This document shows positions 55,327 to 64,000 of a stretch of 64,000 nt of DNA, in pieces. Where the stretch lies: contig LJNK01000008.1 in the NCBI GenBank assembly GCA_001303025.1, forward strand, positions 663 to 64,662. Reading direction: 5' to 3'. The first letter of the stretch is position 1, and each line of letters starts with the position of its first letter. This DNA is from Deltaproteobacteria bacterium SG8_13. Lineage in GTDB: Bacteria; Desulfobacterota; Desulfobacteria; Desulfobacterales; SG8-13. A program made the translations under genes and the position numbers. Under the pieces are notes generated by a model that saw only the letters and a program-made list of their open reading frames with translations, had not been told where the DNA came from and ran no database searches.

Positions 55327-56091
55327 TCAGATCAGCCGTTCCAGTTGTGCGACGATTTGACTTGTCGTTTCACCGGCCTTGCCCGCGATCAGGTAGTCGC
55401 TGACCGATCCGGTCAAAGCGGTGGGCTCCGGATTGATTTCGATCACTTTCGCTCCGGACTCCTTGGAGATTAAGGGTATATAGGATGCCGGTGAAACGGT
55501 CGCCGATGTTCCGATGACCAGCATGATCTCGCATTGAGAGGCAATACGCTGGCTGCGCGCCAGATGCTCCGGGGCAATCATCTCGCCGAAGAATACGCAC
55601 TCCGGTCGCAACACTCCGCCGCACCGGCAAAGCGGCGGGATTCGGTCCAAGTCCAGCTTTCGCGTCGGCACCCGCCGCTCGCACCGGGTGCAGCATTGCC
55701 AGGCAAAACTGCCGTGAAACTCGATCACATCGCTGCTGCCGGCCATCTGGTGCAGGCCGTCGACGTTCTGGGTAATGATGGTTTGCAGCCGTTTAAGCTT
55801 CTCCAGGCGGGCAAGGCCCAAGTGGGCTGCGTTGGGACGGGCCTGGTCGATGACATCTTTCATGCCTTTGATCAGCACCTCCCAGACCTTGCCGGGATCG
55901 CGCCGGAATGCCTCTATGTGGGCATACTCCATGGGGTCGACTTTTTCCCACAGGCCCCCTTTTCCGCGAAATGGCGGGATGTTGCTCTCCACCGAAATCC
56001 CGGCTCCGGTCAACGCCGCCACGTTTTTGGCCCCTGCCAGATCCCGCGCCGCACGCTCGATGAGATCGTCCATAAAAGACTCACAACTCAA
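55327..56091 (-). CDS. cobB: NAD-dependent protein deacylase (sirtuin, CobB-type)
   Basis: ALTGAGISVESNIPPFRG, QNVDGLHQ and the catalytic EFHGS are present. The Zn ribbon is CTRCE..CRCGG, and VIGTSATV also fits. Confidence 0.9.
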   Translation of the reverse strand: MSCESFMDDLIERAARDLAGAKNVAALTGAGISVESNIPPFRGKGGLWEKVDPMEYAHIEAFRRDPGKVWEVLIKGMKDVIDQARPNAAHLGLARLEKLKRLQTIITQNVDGLHQMAGSSDVIEFHGSFAWQCCTRCERRVPTRKLDLDRIPPLCRCGGVLRPECVFFGEMIAPEHLARSQRIASQCEIMLVIGTSATVSPASYIPLISKESGAKVIEINPEPTALTGSVSDYLIAGKAGETTSQIVAQLERLI

Positions 56092-56920
56092 ACGTCATGT
56101 CGCTTTTTACACCAAAACACTTCAGCTTACTTTTCTGCCCGGAAACCAGCTTGCGGCACCGCTTCACGATCCGGTCCATTTCTGCATCCGTGCGTTCCTG
56201 GTTCAAATGAAAAAGTCCCAGCTGCCGGACACCGGCCCCTAATGCCAGCCGGAGCACGTCGGTATATACGGAGTGGCCCCAATCAATGAAGAATTGATAC
56301 TCTTTGGGTGTATATTCAGCGTCGTGAAACAGCAGGTCGGCACCACTGCAAAACGCCTCATAGTCTTCAAAGGACCGGCCGCCGGGGTGGGTATAGCCCA
56401 GTTCGTTATCGGTTAGAAATACGAAGCTGCGCCCATCTTCAATGAATTTGTACCCGCTGCCGTTGTTGGGATGGCTCAGGGCGATGGGTATCACTTTCAC
56501 GCTACCGATGTCAAAGTCCGTCGGGCAGGCGTCAATATATTCCATTTTGGCTTTTATGTCGGAGTATTTCACCGGAAAGTTCGGGGGGGCCATCACCCGC
56601 GACAGAATCGTTTCCACGAATTTGCTGTGAAACGGGCAACGGTGCATGTGCAGCTTGGTGCTTTTGAAGTAGAGCGGTTTGAAATACGGAAATCCCATCA
56701 CGTGATCCCAATGGGCATGGGTGAAAATGAAGTGGCAGGTTCGCCTTTTTTCCTTCACAAGGCGGTTGCCCAGCCTCCTGATTCCGGTGCCGGCATCGAT
56801 AATGATCAGATCGTCGCTTTTTGTCCGGATTTCGATGCAGGTCGTATCCCCGCCGTATTTCAGGTAAGACTTGCCCGATACGGGAATGCTGCCCCTGGAT
56901 CCCCAACACTTGATAATCAT
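56081..56920 (-). CDS. MBL-fold metallo-hydrolase
   Basis: IIKCWGSRGSIP, IIIDAGTG and FTHAHWDHVMGFPYF (HxHxDH) are present, with a later HDAEY. It overlaps the sirtuin start by 11 nt. Confidence 0.82.
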   Translation of the reverse strand: MIIKCWGSRGSIPVSGKSYLKYGGDTTCIEIRTKSDDLIIIDAGTGIRRLGNRLVKEKRRTCHFIFTHAHWDHVMGFPYFKPLYFKSTKLHMHRCPFHSKFVETILSRVMAPPNFPVKYSDIKAKMEYIDACPTDFDIGSVKVIPIALSHPNNGSGYKFIEDGRSFVFLTDNELGYTHPGGRSFEDYEAFCSGADLLFHDAEYTPKEYQFFIDWGHSVYTDVLRLALGAGVRQLGLFHLNQERTDAEMDRIVKRCRKLVSGQKSKLKCFGVKSDMTFEL

Positions 56921-56948
56921 ATGTCACCTTCCGGGCGAAATCGAACAG

Positions 56949-57779
56949 CTAATACCCCGCGACTGCCAGGTACGTAAACCAGGTTCCACCACACTCCCAT
57001 TGCCGCAGCACTGTTACCGGCAGCCGAGCCAGCCGGTGCTCCACATCTCTTGCCTGGCTGCGCAGCAGACCTGAGAGTACGAACCAGCTCTTGCCGACCA
57101 GATTCTCAGTGGTAATCAGCTGCTGCAGAACATCATAGTGAATATTGGCAACCAGCAGATCGGCCGGCTGTCCGGCAAATTTTTCGGCCCTTCCCTGTAT
57201 CGCCAGGACAGCACTTTCCATCCGGTTCAGCCGCACATTTCTGCTGGCAGTCTGGACGGCCAGGATGTTGTTGTCCACCGCCAGTATTTGCCGGCTCCCC
57301 AGCCTGCCCGCCGCCAGAGCCAGCACGCCCGTGCCGGTCCCCAGATCGAGAACGGTCTGCGGCGTATCCAGAGCAAATATTTCTTCAATAGCCGCGAGGC
57401 AGTCCCGGGTCGTCGGGTGCGTCCCGGTCCCGAAAACCACACCGGGGTCGAGAATAATCCGGTGGCCTCCTCCTGCCGGCGGCTCTTCCCAGGGCGGAAT
57501 GATCGTAAAGCTGCCGATGCGGACTATCCCCGGCTTTTCTCCCAGCCAGTCCGAGTAGGACATGTGGTATTCATCCAGCAGGGTCAGCTGTGGCTGCCCG
57601 GCCAGCAGTGCCTCAACGGCCTGCCGTGCCGGCCGGGTGTAGAACAGAAACGAAAAACCATCCTCTTCCCAGTTTCCGATGAAGTCCGCCGATACCGGAT
57701 TCGTGCCGGGGGCGACACGCCCGCTGCAGTAGTAGACATAGATGTCGGAGATGGGTCGGAGATCCTCGCTGTTTCTCAT
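56949..57779 (-). CDS. prmA: Ribosomal protein L11 methyltransferase
   Basis: IILDPGVVFGTGTHPTTRDCL..VLDLGTGTGVLALAAGRLG..ILAVDNNILAV matches the family. The likely start is MRNSEDL at 57779, and the ORF is open to 57824. Confidence 0.85.
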   Translation of the reverse strand: MRNSEDLRPISDIYVYYCSGRVAPGTNPVSADFIGNWEEDGFSFLFYTRPARQAVEALLAGQPQLTLLDEYHMSYSDWLGEKPGIVRIGSFTIIPPWEEPPAGGGHRIILDPGVVFGTGTHPTTRDCLAAIEEIFALDTPQTVLDLGTGTGVLALAAGRLGSRQILAVDNNILAVQTASRNVRLNRMESAVLAIQGRAEKFAGQPADLLVANIHYDVLQQLITTENLVGKSWFVLSGLLRSQARDVEHRLARLPVTVLRQWECGGTWFTYLAVAGY

Positions 57780-57790
57780 CGGCTGCTGTT

Positions 57791-58471
57791 CTATTCGTGC
57801 CTTGGCAGCTGGTCCAGATACCACTTCATGGGATCGATGAGCGTGTATCCCATGTTTTTCAGCTTGCGTTTGATGGGGGCAACGTTCTGGGTCAGCAGAT
57901 AAGGAAACACCGCTCTTTTGTCCTTTTCCCAGTAACGGGCGACCAGCACACTGCCGAAGGACACGTCTTCTTCGGTGATGGCGTCAACGATCTTTTTCAT
58001 CTGCCCGATTTTCTCTTCCACCAGAATGCCGAGCAGGGTTCCCGGTTGTCCGATTCCCAATACGTTGATAAAAGCGCGCAGCAGATCGCGAACGGAAATG
58101 ATCCCCTTCAGCTTGCCCTGCTCGTCGACCACCGGGAGAGCCCCGACTCTCATTTCTTCGATCAGCAACAGCGCGTCCTGAATGGTGTAGCCGGCAGATA
58201 TCGTCTTGGGGTTGGTCGTCATGATATCCCTGATTTTCAGGCTGGCAAGTTTCTCGCGCTCCGGTTGGTTGTCAGGGTCTTTGAAAAGACCGTAGGGAAT
58301 GGCGCTGCGAATGTCGCGGTCCGTTACGATACCGATTAAACGGTTGTCGGCATCCACCACCGGAAGATGGCGAATCCGGTGCTCGGCCAATTTCTCCTGG
58401 GCTTCGAATATACCGGCCTCTTTATCGATGGTGACGACCTTGCGGGTCATCGATTGGCTGACAAACATCAT
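57791..58471 (-). CDS. CBS-pair protein with a C-terminal ACT-like region (AcuB-like)
   Basis: Two CBS motifs are present (IRHLPVVDADNRLIGIVTDRDI and GALPVVDEQGKLKGIISVRDL). A regulatory tail of about 80 aa follows. Confidence 0.8.
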   Translation of the reverse strand: MMFVSQSMTRKVVTIDKEAGIFEAQEKLAEHRIRHLPVVDADNRLIGIVTDRDIRSAIPYGLFKDPDNQPEREKLASLKIRDIMTTNPKTISAGYTIQDALLLIEEMRVGALPVVDEQGKLKGIISVRDLLRAFINVLGIGQPGTLLGILVEEKIGQMKKIVDAITEEDVSFGSVLVARYWEKDKRAVFPYLLTQNVAPIKRKLKNMGYTLIDPMKWYLDQLPRHE

Positions 58472-59427
58472 TTACCTCCGGTTAACAATGTGGCGACGTG
58501 GTTGCGTGCCAATTCCGGGAGACGCTGCAGGCAATACCCTCCTTCCAGCACGGAGACAACACGGCCACCTGCAAGGCGACCGGCCATTTCCATAATCGTC
58601 TCCATCATCCAGGTAAACCATCCCGTTGACAGGTTGACATCGGACATGTCGTCATCGGCATGTCCGTCAAATCCTGCTGAAACCAGTATAAATTCAGGTT
58701 TGAACCGATCGAAGTCTGCTACCAGGTGCTCCTGGACCAGGTCGGTGTAAACGTCATCTCCCTGCCCCGGCAGCACCACATTGTTCTTGGTAAATCCATG
58801 GCCACTGCCCGTACCGTACTCGAACTCCCGTCCGGTTCCCGGGTAAGCAAAAGAAGGATGCTGGTGAATCGAGTAGTAAAATACCGTCGGATCCTGTTCG
58901 AAGATGTGCTGCGTGCCGTTGCCGTGATGGACATCGAAGTCGATGATGCCGACCTTGCCGACAGCCCACTTTTGTTGAAGATATCGCGCGGCGATGGCCA
59001 CGTTGTTGAAGTAACAAAACCCCAGCGGGTGATCTCGTTCGGCATGGTGCCCGGGAGGACGTACGGCGCAGAAAGCATTATCCAGATCTCCCTGCATAAC
59101 CATATCGACGGTTTTCAAGATGCCGCCCACCGCCAGAAACGCAACGTCGAAAGTTTCAGCGCACATCTGGTTGTCCGGGTGCTCGAAGGTTCTTTTATTC
59201 GAGATGCAGGCGTCTCCGAAACGATCGATATACTGGGTATCGTGGACGAGCTCGACCCATTTGCGTTCAGCTGTTTCCGCCTTGATAAGCACCAGCTCGG
59301 GGAGAAGATTGCCTTCCTCGATTCCCTTGTAAACCGCCAGCAGTCTCTCAGGGACTTCAGGATGATAGGACCCGGTTTCGTGGAGCAGGTAACGCTCGTC
59401 GTACAAAAATCCCGTTCTTCGCATCAT
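58468..59427 (-). CDS. Zn-dependent histone deacetylase-family protein (AcuC/acetoin utilisation-like)
   Basis: RPPGHHA, DFDVHHGNGTQ and SAGFDGHADD are the class I/II HDAC catalytic motifs. Its stop overlaps the CBS gene start by 4 nt. Confidence 0.88.
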   Translation of the reverse strand: MMRRTGFLYDERYLLHETGSYHPEVPERLLAVYKGIEEGNLLPELVLIKAETAERKWVELVHDTQYIDRFGDACISNKRTFEHPDNQMCAETFDVAFLAVGGILKTVDMVMQGDLDNAFCAVRPPGHHAERDHPLGFCYFNNVAIAARYLQQKWAVGKVGIIDFDVHHGNGTQHIFEQDPTVFYYSIHQHPSFAYPGTGREFEYGTGSGHGFTKNNVVLPGQGDDVYTDLVQEHLVADFDRFKPEFILVSAGFDGHADDDMSDVNLSTGWFTWMMETIMEMAGRLAGGRVVSVLEGGYCLQRLPELARNHVATLLTGGK

Positions 59428-59520
59428 CTATTCCGGTATCCGCTTGAATGGATTTGCCAGAAACCTGGTCGCTGCGGCAAACGCCGTGTCTCCAGCTTCT
59501 TATCATTTTCCGTGCGAGAT

Positions 59521-60270
59521 TCAGGCGACAACCTTGCTGAATATTTCGAAGGCGGCCTTTACGGAAGCGCTTTCTTCCGGCATCTCAACCGTCGGCCGGC
59601 CGTTCAGATCGTATTCGTAGACCATCGGATCAGCCGGGACAGTTCCGACCAACTCCAGGCCGCCCTCTTTCAGCACAGACAGCATTGCTTCGGAGGGCGC
59701 TTCTTTGACCTGATTGATGATGGCGTAGCTGTGCTTGATGCCGATTTTGAGTTCACCGGCCAATTTGTTAATCCGGATGGCGGCCTGAATGCCTCGCCGC
59801 GAAGTGTCGGAAACCACCAGCAGGACATCTACGTTTTTGGTTGTCAGGCGGCTAATGTGCTCCATGCCGGCCTCGTTGTCCATGACGATATACGGGTAGT
59901 TGCTCTGCATCCGGTCCAAGAAGTTGGTCAGCAGTGTATTGGCGGCACAGTAGCAGCCAGCACCCTCGGGCTGCCCCATCACCACCAGGTCATAGCCGTC
60001 TGATTCCACCACTGCCTGTTCCAGTTTCATTTCCATGAAAATATCTTTGGTCATGCCGCTGGGCACCTGGCCTTTTTTCATGTCCTCCCTGGCCTCGCCG
60101 AGTGTTTCATCCACCTCGACGCCCAGAACCTCATTGAGGTTGGCATTGCTGTCCGCGTCCACCGCCAGCACGGGGATCTTTTGATTTTTCACCAGATACT
60201 TTACCAGAAGCCCGGCCAGGGTTGTCTTGCCCGTGCCGCCCTTGCCGGCCATTGCTACCGAAAAAGCCAT
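59521..60270 (-). CDS. cooC: CooC-type (MinD/ParA-fold) nickel-insertion accessory ATPase
   Basis: The deviant Walker A is MAGKGGTGKTTLAGLL. VLAVDADSNANLNE is present, and GAGCYCAAN carries the CxC metal-binding motif. The likely start is MAFSVA at 60270. Confidence 0.8.
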   Translation of the reverse strand: MAFSVAMAGKGGTGKTTLAGLLVKYLVKNQKIPVLAVDADSNANLNEVLGVEVDETLGEAREDMKKGQVPSGMTKDIFMEMKLEQAVVESDGYDLVVMGQPEGAGCYCAANTLLTNFLDRMQSNYPYIVMDNEAGMEHISRLTTKNVDVLLVVSDTSRRGIQAAIRINKLAGELKIGIKHSYAIINQVKEAPSEAMLSVLKEGGLELVGTVPADPMVYEYDLNGRPTVEMPEESASVKAAFEIFSKVVA

Positions 60271-60472
60271 TTGCGTCCCTTTCCTTTCTGCGCGCACATT
60301 CTACCATATCTCAAACGAATTTAGAATATTTAGAGCAGAACCGGTCTCCCGTCAAGGTCTGTACTGGAACTGCGCAACGACATCGGCCGGACGGCCTCCA
60401 AAAATCTTGCATTGCGCCTAGGCATATGCTAAGCATATAATATTATTTTCAATTTTTCTGTGGAGCCGCACG

Positions 60473-61627
60473 ATGGAATTCGAACTGAACAACACCCAGA
60501 AATATATCCAGAAAGCGGTCAGAGATTTTGCCAAGGGGGAATTCGGAAAAGAACTGGCATTGGAGCTGGAAAAAAAGCACGAATTCCCCACTCAGATCTG
60601 GAAGAAAGCGTGTGAACTCGGACTGGTTGGTGTTCATTTTCCTGAGGAATATTCCGGTCAGGGGTTGGGTTGCCTGGAAGACATCCTGGTGGTGGAAGAA
60701 CTGTGCCGGGCGGATTCCACCATCGGCAGCGCCGTTGCCCTATCCAGCTTTGCTTCCGAGATCATCCTGCACTGGGGATCCGGTGAAATGAAAGCGGCCC
60801 TTCTGCCCGCTGTTGCCGAAGGGCGCATGCTGTCCGCAGGGGCATTTACCGAACCCGATCACGGTTCGGACATCACGTTGATGGACACCTCGGCCATTCG
60901 AGACGGGCAAGACTGGGTAATCAACGGCACCAAAACCTTCATCACCAACGGCGGGTTGGCTGGATTTTACTCTGTCATGTGCCAGACCGACACGGAGGCA
61001 AAGCCCTCATACCGGGGCATCAGCCTGATTATGGTGGAGGCCGACCGCCAGGGCCTGACCACCACAGATGTGGGGCAGAAAATGGGTATCCACATGATGG
61101 CAACCGCCGAGGTGAACCTGAAAGATGTGCGGGTACCCCTGTCGAACCTTATCGGCGAGGAGAACAAGGGCTTTTACCACGTGTTGCACTTTTTTGATGA
61201 AAGCCGTATTCAGGTGGCAGCCCAGGCCCTTGGAATCGCCCAGGGGGCCTACGACAGAGCATTGGCATATGTGAAACAGCGTGAGCAGTTTGGCCGGAAA
61301 ATCGCACAGTTCCAAGTGACACAGCACAAACTGGCCGACATGGCCACCAAAATCGAACTGGCACGGCTGATCACCTATAAAGCCGCGTGGAACTTCGACC
61401 AGGGAAGAATCGATCCCAAACTAACCTCCATGGCCAAAATGTATGCGGCTCGCACGGCGGTGGAAGTGGCCGATGAGGCCATTCAACTGCTCGGCGGCTA
61501 CGGTTACATGACCGAGTATGAAGTCGAGCGATTTTACCGCGACGCCAAGATCACCGAAATTTACGAGGGCACCAAAGAGATCCAGAAGAACACGATTGCC
61601 GGAGCAATCCTGGGAAAGATGAAATAA
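60473..61627 (+). CDS. Acyl-CoA dehydrogenase (short-chain/butyryl-CoA dehydrogenase-like)
   Basis: GAFTEPDHGSDI, TFITNGG and the C-terminal catalytic motif ITEIYEGTKEIQKNTIA are present. The protein is 384 aa. Confidence 0.88.
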   Translation: MEFELNNTQKYIQKAVRDFAKGEFGKELALELEKKHEFPTQIWKKACELGLVGVHFPEEYSGQGLGCLEDILVVEELCRADSTIGSAVALSSFASEIILHWGSGEMKAALLPAVAEGRMLSAGAFTEPDHGSDITLMDTSAIRDGQDWVINGTKTFITNGGLAGFYSVMCQTDTEAKPSYRGISLIMVEADRQGLTTTDVGQKMGIHMMATAEVNLKDVRVPLSNLIGEENKGFYHVLHFFDESRIQVAAQALGIAQGAYDRALAYVKQREQFGRKIAQFQVTQHKLADMATKIELARLITYKAAWNFDQGRIDPKLTSMAKMYAARTAVEVADEAIQLLGGYGYMTEYEVERFYRDAKITEIYEGTKEIQKNTIAGAILGKMK

Positions 61628-61662
61628 CTATCGAACTAGCGAAGCATGAAGGAGGATAAGCC

Positions 61663-61977
61663 ATGCTGGATTTGGTCAAAAAAACCATGCTGACTGGCAT
61701 CGGGCTCGCTCTGCTGGCCAAGGATGAAATGGAAGATCTCGCCCGGGAGGTCGTCGAAAAAGGAAAGATGACGGAGCGTGACGGCAAGAAATTTTTCAAC
61801 GACCTGCAAAAACGCTACGATGAAGTTCAGAGCAAGCTGGAAGAACGGGTGGAAAAAACCGTCAAGGACATTATGAAAAAAATGGACCTGGTAACCGGTG
61901 AGGATGTAAAGGCCCTTAAAAAAGAAATCCGGGAGCTCAAAAAGGCGCTCAACAAGGATTCGGGTGCTTCCGGATGA
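61663..61977 (+). CDS. Phasin-like small coiled-coil protein (COG3937-type)
   Basis: MLDLVKKTMLTGIGLALLAKDEMEDLAREVVEKGKMTE..DVKALKKEIRELKK matches the type. It sits directly upstream of ubiB, as is often seen. Confidence 0.65.
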   Translation: MLDLVKKTMLTGIGLALLAKDEMEDLAREVVEKGKMTERDGKKFFNDLQKRYDEVQSKLEERVEKTVKDIMKKMDLVTGEDVKALKKEIRELKKALNKDSGASG

Positions 61978-61983
61978 TCATCG

Positions 61984-63681
61984 ATGTTGAGCATCCGCGA
62001 CATCACCGGCATTGGCCGCACCTACCGCAACTTGAACCGGTTTCGCCAGATTCTGACCGTGCTGCTGAAGTATGGTTTCGGTGAGCTGCTGGAGCTACTC
62101 AAACTTGACCAATACGTCGAAGCCGGTTTGCAGCTGATCTCGAAAAAACAGCCGGTCCGGGTTGAAAAACTCACGCGTCCGGAAGGCCTTCGGATGGCGT
62201 TGGAAGAACTCGGACCGACGTACATAAAGCTGGGCCAGATCCTCTCCACACGTCCCGACCTGATACCGGTCGAGTTCCTCAGCGAATTGACCAAGCTGCA
62301 AGACAAGGTCCCTCCCTTTGCCTTTATCGCTGTTCGCAAGATCATCGAATCCGAGCTCAAGTTTCCGCTGGATAAAATTTTCGCACATTTTGAAGAAGAA
62401 CCGCTGGCTTCCGCCTCCATCGGCCAGGTGCACAAAGCCCGGCTGATAGACGGCAAGGAGGCCGCCGTAAAGGTGCAGCGCCCCGGTATCGAGCGGGTCA
62501 TCGAAGTAGATTTGGAAATCATGATGTACCTGGCCCGGCTCATGGAGCGCCACATCGAGGAACTGGCCCTGCACCGCCCGGTCAAGATTGTTGAAGAATT
62601 TGCCCGCACCCTGGAGGGGGAGCTCGATTATCGACAGGAAGCCTCCAACATGGAGCGCATGGCCCTGAACTTCGTCGATGATCCGTTCACCCACATACCG
62701 GCGGTCTACCGCGACTATTCCACCATGCGGGTTCTCACGGCCGAATTCGTTGACGGGATCAAGGTGTCCGAGCTTGAGCAGTTGGATGCCGCCGGCCTGG
62801 ACCGCAAACAGATCACCGACCGCGGGGCCGAAATTCTACTCAGGCAGATTTTTGATCACGGTTTTTTTCATGCGGACCCGCACCCCGGCAACATATTCGT
62901 GTTGCCGGAAAACATCATTTGCCTGATCGATTTCGGAATGGTCGGTTCGGTAGACCGCAGAACGCGGGAGCGTTTTGTCGAGTTGATCGATGCCATGGTC
63001 CGCAAGGACCCGTATCGAACATCACAGCTGTTCCTGGAAATCGTAGACCGGGAAGAGGAGCCCGACCTTCGCCTGCTGGAGAGAAATATCGCCGACCTGC
63101 TCTCCCGGCATCTGTATCGACCCCTGCAGGATATCCGGGTCGGCAAACTTTTGCAGCAACTGCTGGAGATCGCCTCCCGCCACCGGCTCCGCATACCGCC
63201 GGATCTTTTCCTGATGATGAAGGCGCTGACAACGGTGGAAGGCGTCGCCTGCATGCTCGACCCGAAATTCGACATCTTTCAGAAAGCCGAACCGTTCATC
63301 CGCCGGATTCTGCTGGGCCGATTCACACCCCGTCGAATATCGGGCGACATGTTTCAGCTGGCATCCGATTTACTGAAATTTGCCCACCAGTTCCCCAAAG
63401 ACCTGCTGGATATCGCCCGGCTTGCCCGGGAGAGAAAGCTGCTTTTGAAAATCGAGAACCAGGGACTCGAGAAAATGCTGGCCACCCACGATCAGATCAG
63501 CAACCGGATTTCTTTTTCCATCATCATCGCAGCGTTGATCGTCGGATCGGCGCTCATCGTCATCTCCGAGATCCCCCCGCTTTTCTATGGTATTTCGCTG
63601 ATCGGCATCATCGGCTTTCTGGCTGCTGCATTGATGGGAATCTGGCTGCTGGTGGCGATTCTGAGAAAAGGACGCCTGTAG
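61984..63681 (+). CDS. ubiB: ABC1/UbiB-family atypical kinase
   Basis: ELGPTYIKLGQILSTRPDL, PLASASIGQVHKA, AVKVQRPG, FFHADPHPGNIF and IDFGMVG are present. Two C-terminal TM helices follow. Confidence 0.9.
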   Translation: MLSIRDITGIGRTYRNLNRFRQILTVLLKYGFGELLELLKLDQYVEAGLQLISKKQPVRVEKLTRPEGLRMALEELGPTYIKLGQILSTRPDLIPVEFLSELTKLQDKVPPFAFIAVRKIIESELKFPLDKIFAHFEEEPLASASIGQVHKARLIDGKEAAVKVQRPGIERVIEVDLEIMMYLARLMERHIEELALHRPVKIVEEFARTLEGELDYRQEASNMERMALNFVDDPFTHIPAVYRDYSTMRVLTAEFVDGIKVSELEQLDAAGLDRKQITDRGAEILLRQIFDHGFFHADPHPGNIFVLPENIICLIDFGMVGSVDRRTRERFVELIDAMVRKDPYRTSQLFLEIVDREEEPDLRLLERNIADLLSRHLYRPLQDIRVGKLLQQLLEIASRHRLRIPPDLFLMMKALTTVEGVACMLDPKFDIFQKAEPFIRRILLGRFTPRRISGDMFQLASDLLKFAHQFPKDLLDIARLARERKLLLKIENQGLEKMLATHDQISNRISFSIIIAALIVGSALIVISEIPPLFYGISLIGIIGFLAAALMGIWLLVAILRKGRL

Positions 63682-64000
63682 TCAGGTGGTTGATTCAGTC
63701 GCTGTTTTTATCGGCGGCAAGTGATGGGAGCTGCCGTTCAGGGGGACGATCGCCGGATGACCCACGGACCGGTCCGGTTCGGATTGCAGGATAGGATCGG
63801 TAAATTACCCGAGCCGATGGGATCGGGCCAGGTGCCGAATGCCATCCACAGTCGCCGCTGTCAGTCGGGGTTTCCGTCATCTTCGCCATGCAGGCGCGTG
63901 CGGCGCAGCAGGTGCCACAGAACGAGTTTCAACGAAAATCCAACCTTCAACGCCCCGGACAAATCCGCTGCTTTGATCGGCGGGGAACCGGAACGTCATT

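Noticed and set aside
55327-56091. SIR2-domain protein as a possible anti-phage NADase (Thoeris/DSR-like)
   Set aside because: It has the full housekeeping sirtuin architecture, including the GAGIS NAD pocket, the catalytic His in EFHGS and the Cys4 zinc ribbon, at about 250 aa. It has no fused effector or sensor domain and no defence-island neighbours.
58726-60003. 425-aa plus-strand ORF spanning the antisense of the HDAC and CooC genes. Similar long shadows are 2687..3850, 11251..12393, 29301..30437, 33589..34599, 43825..45111 and 49304..50539.
   Set aside because: Each lies exactly antisense to a gene with strong family motifs. Each has Arg/Gly/His/Val-rich low-information composition and no Shine-Dalgarno. 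They are expected by-products of codon bias.
63695-63889. 64-aa minus-strand ORF after ubiB, and short open frames reaching the right edge
   Set aside because: There are no motifs, the composition is Pro/Gly/Ser/Arg-rich and there is no Shine-Dalgarno. The last roughly 300 nt are left unannotated, because any real gene there is truncated beyond recognition.
1-64000. Mobile elements, CRISPR arrays, rRNA/tRNA genes, prophage or defence islands
   Set aside because: No transposase, integrase or recombinase-like ORF is present. There are no regularly spaced direct repeats and no rRNA or tRNA signatures. Apart from short promoter-type AT islands, there is no compositional island. The window reads as core chromosome.

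Overview
The window is a moderately GC-rich, densely coding piece of bacterial chromosome. I call about 59 protein-coding genes. I found no rRNA, tRNA, CRISPR array, transposase or prophage signal. Gene content suggests an anaerobic Desulfobacterota/deltaproteobacterium-like organism, which is inference only. The supporting genes are a glutaryl-CoA dehydrogenase with a non-canonical active-site motif, a CooC-type Ni-insertion ATPase, a GTP-dependent PEP carboxykinase, two NtrC-family regulator pairs, and a PilQ secretin with three AMIN-like modules. Most genes are housekeeping: lpxC, rsmD-coaD, pcm, serS-thrC, recN, rdgB, ampG, prmA, ubiB, comM/yifB. The largest functional block is a partial type IV pilus cluster at 27.5-38.3 kb. 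It holds a TPR lipoprotein (pilotin-like), pilQPONM headed by a small XRE gene, and a divergent histidine kinase plus sigma-54 activator. No pilin, pilB/T or pilC lies in the window. I see no clear-cut novel system. These loci deserve a second look: (1) a promoter-defined six-gene operon on the minus strand (43.1->39.0 kb) with a Cys-rich FmdB-type zinc-ribbon peptide, a Fur-family repressor fused to a FeoA domain, a PflX-type radical SAM enzyme, a PPP phosphatase, an SH3b protein and a PfkB kinase; (2) a tight six-gene string (59.4->53.7 kb) combining a Zn-dependent deacetylase, a CBS protein, PrmA, an MBL hydrolase, a sirtuin and a ferredoxin-less RACo-like ASKHA ATPase; (3) an 87-aa, 9-Cys protein between ntrY-like and ntrX-like genes, with the NtrX-like protein lacking GAFTGA; (4) the XRE-pilMNOPQ operon, which has a sigma-54-like -24/-12 element and lysine-rich tails on PilN, PilO and PilP; (5) a 664-bp non-coding gap with an AT-rich triple-TATAAT island. 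All motif calls were made by eye. No database search was run.
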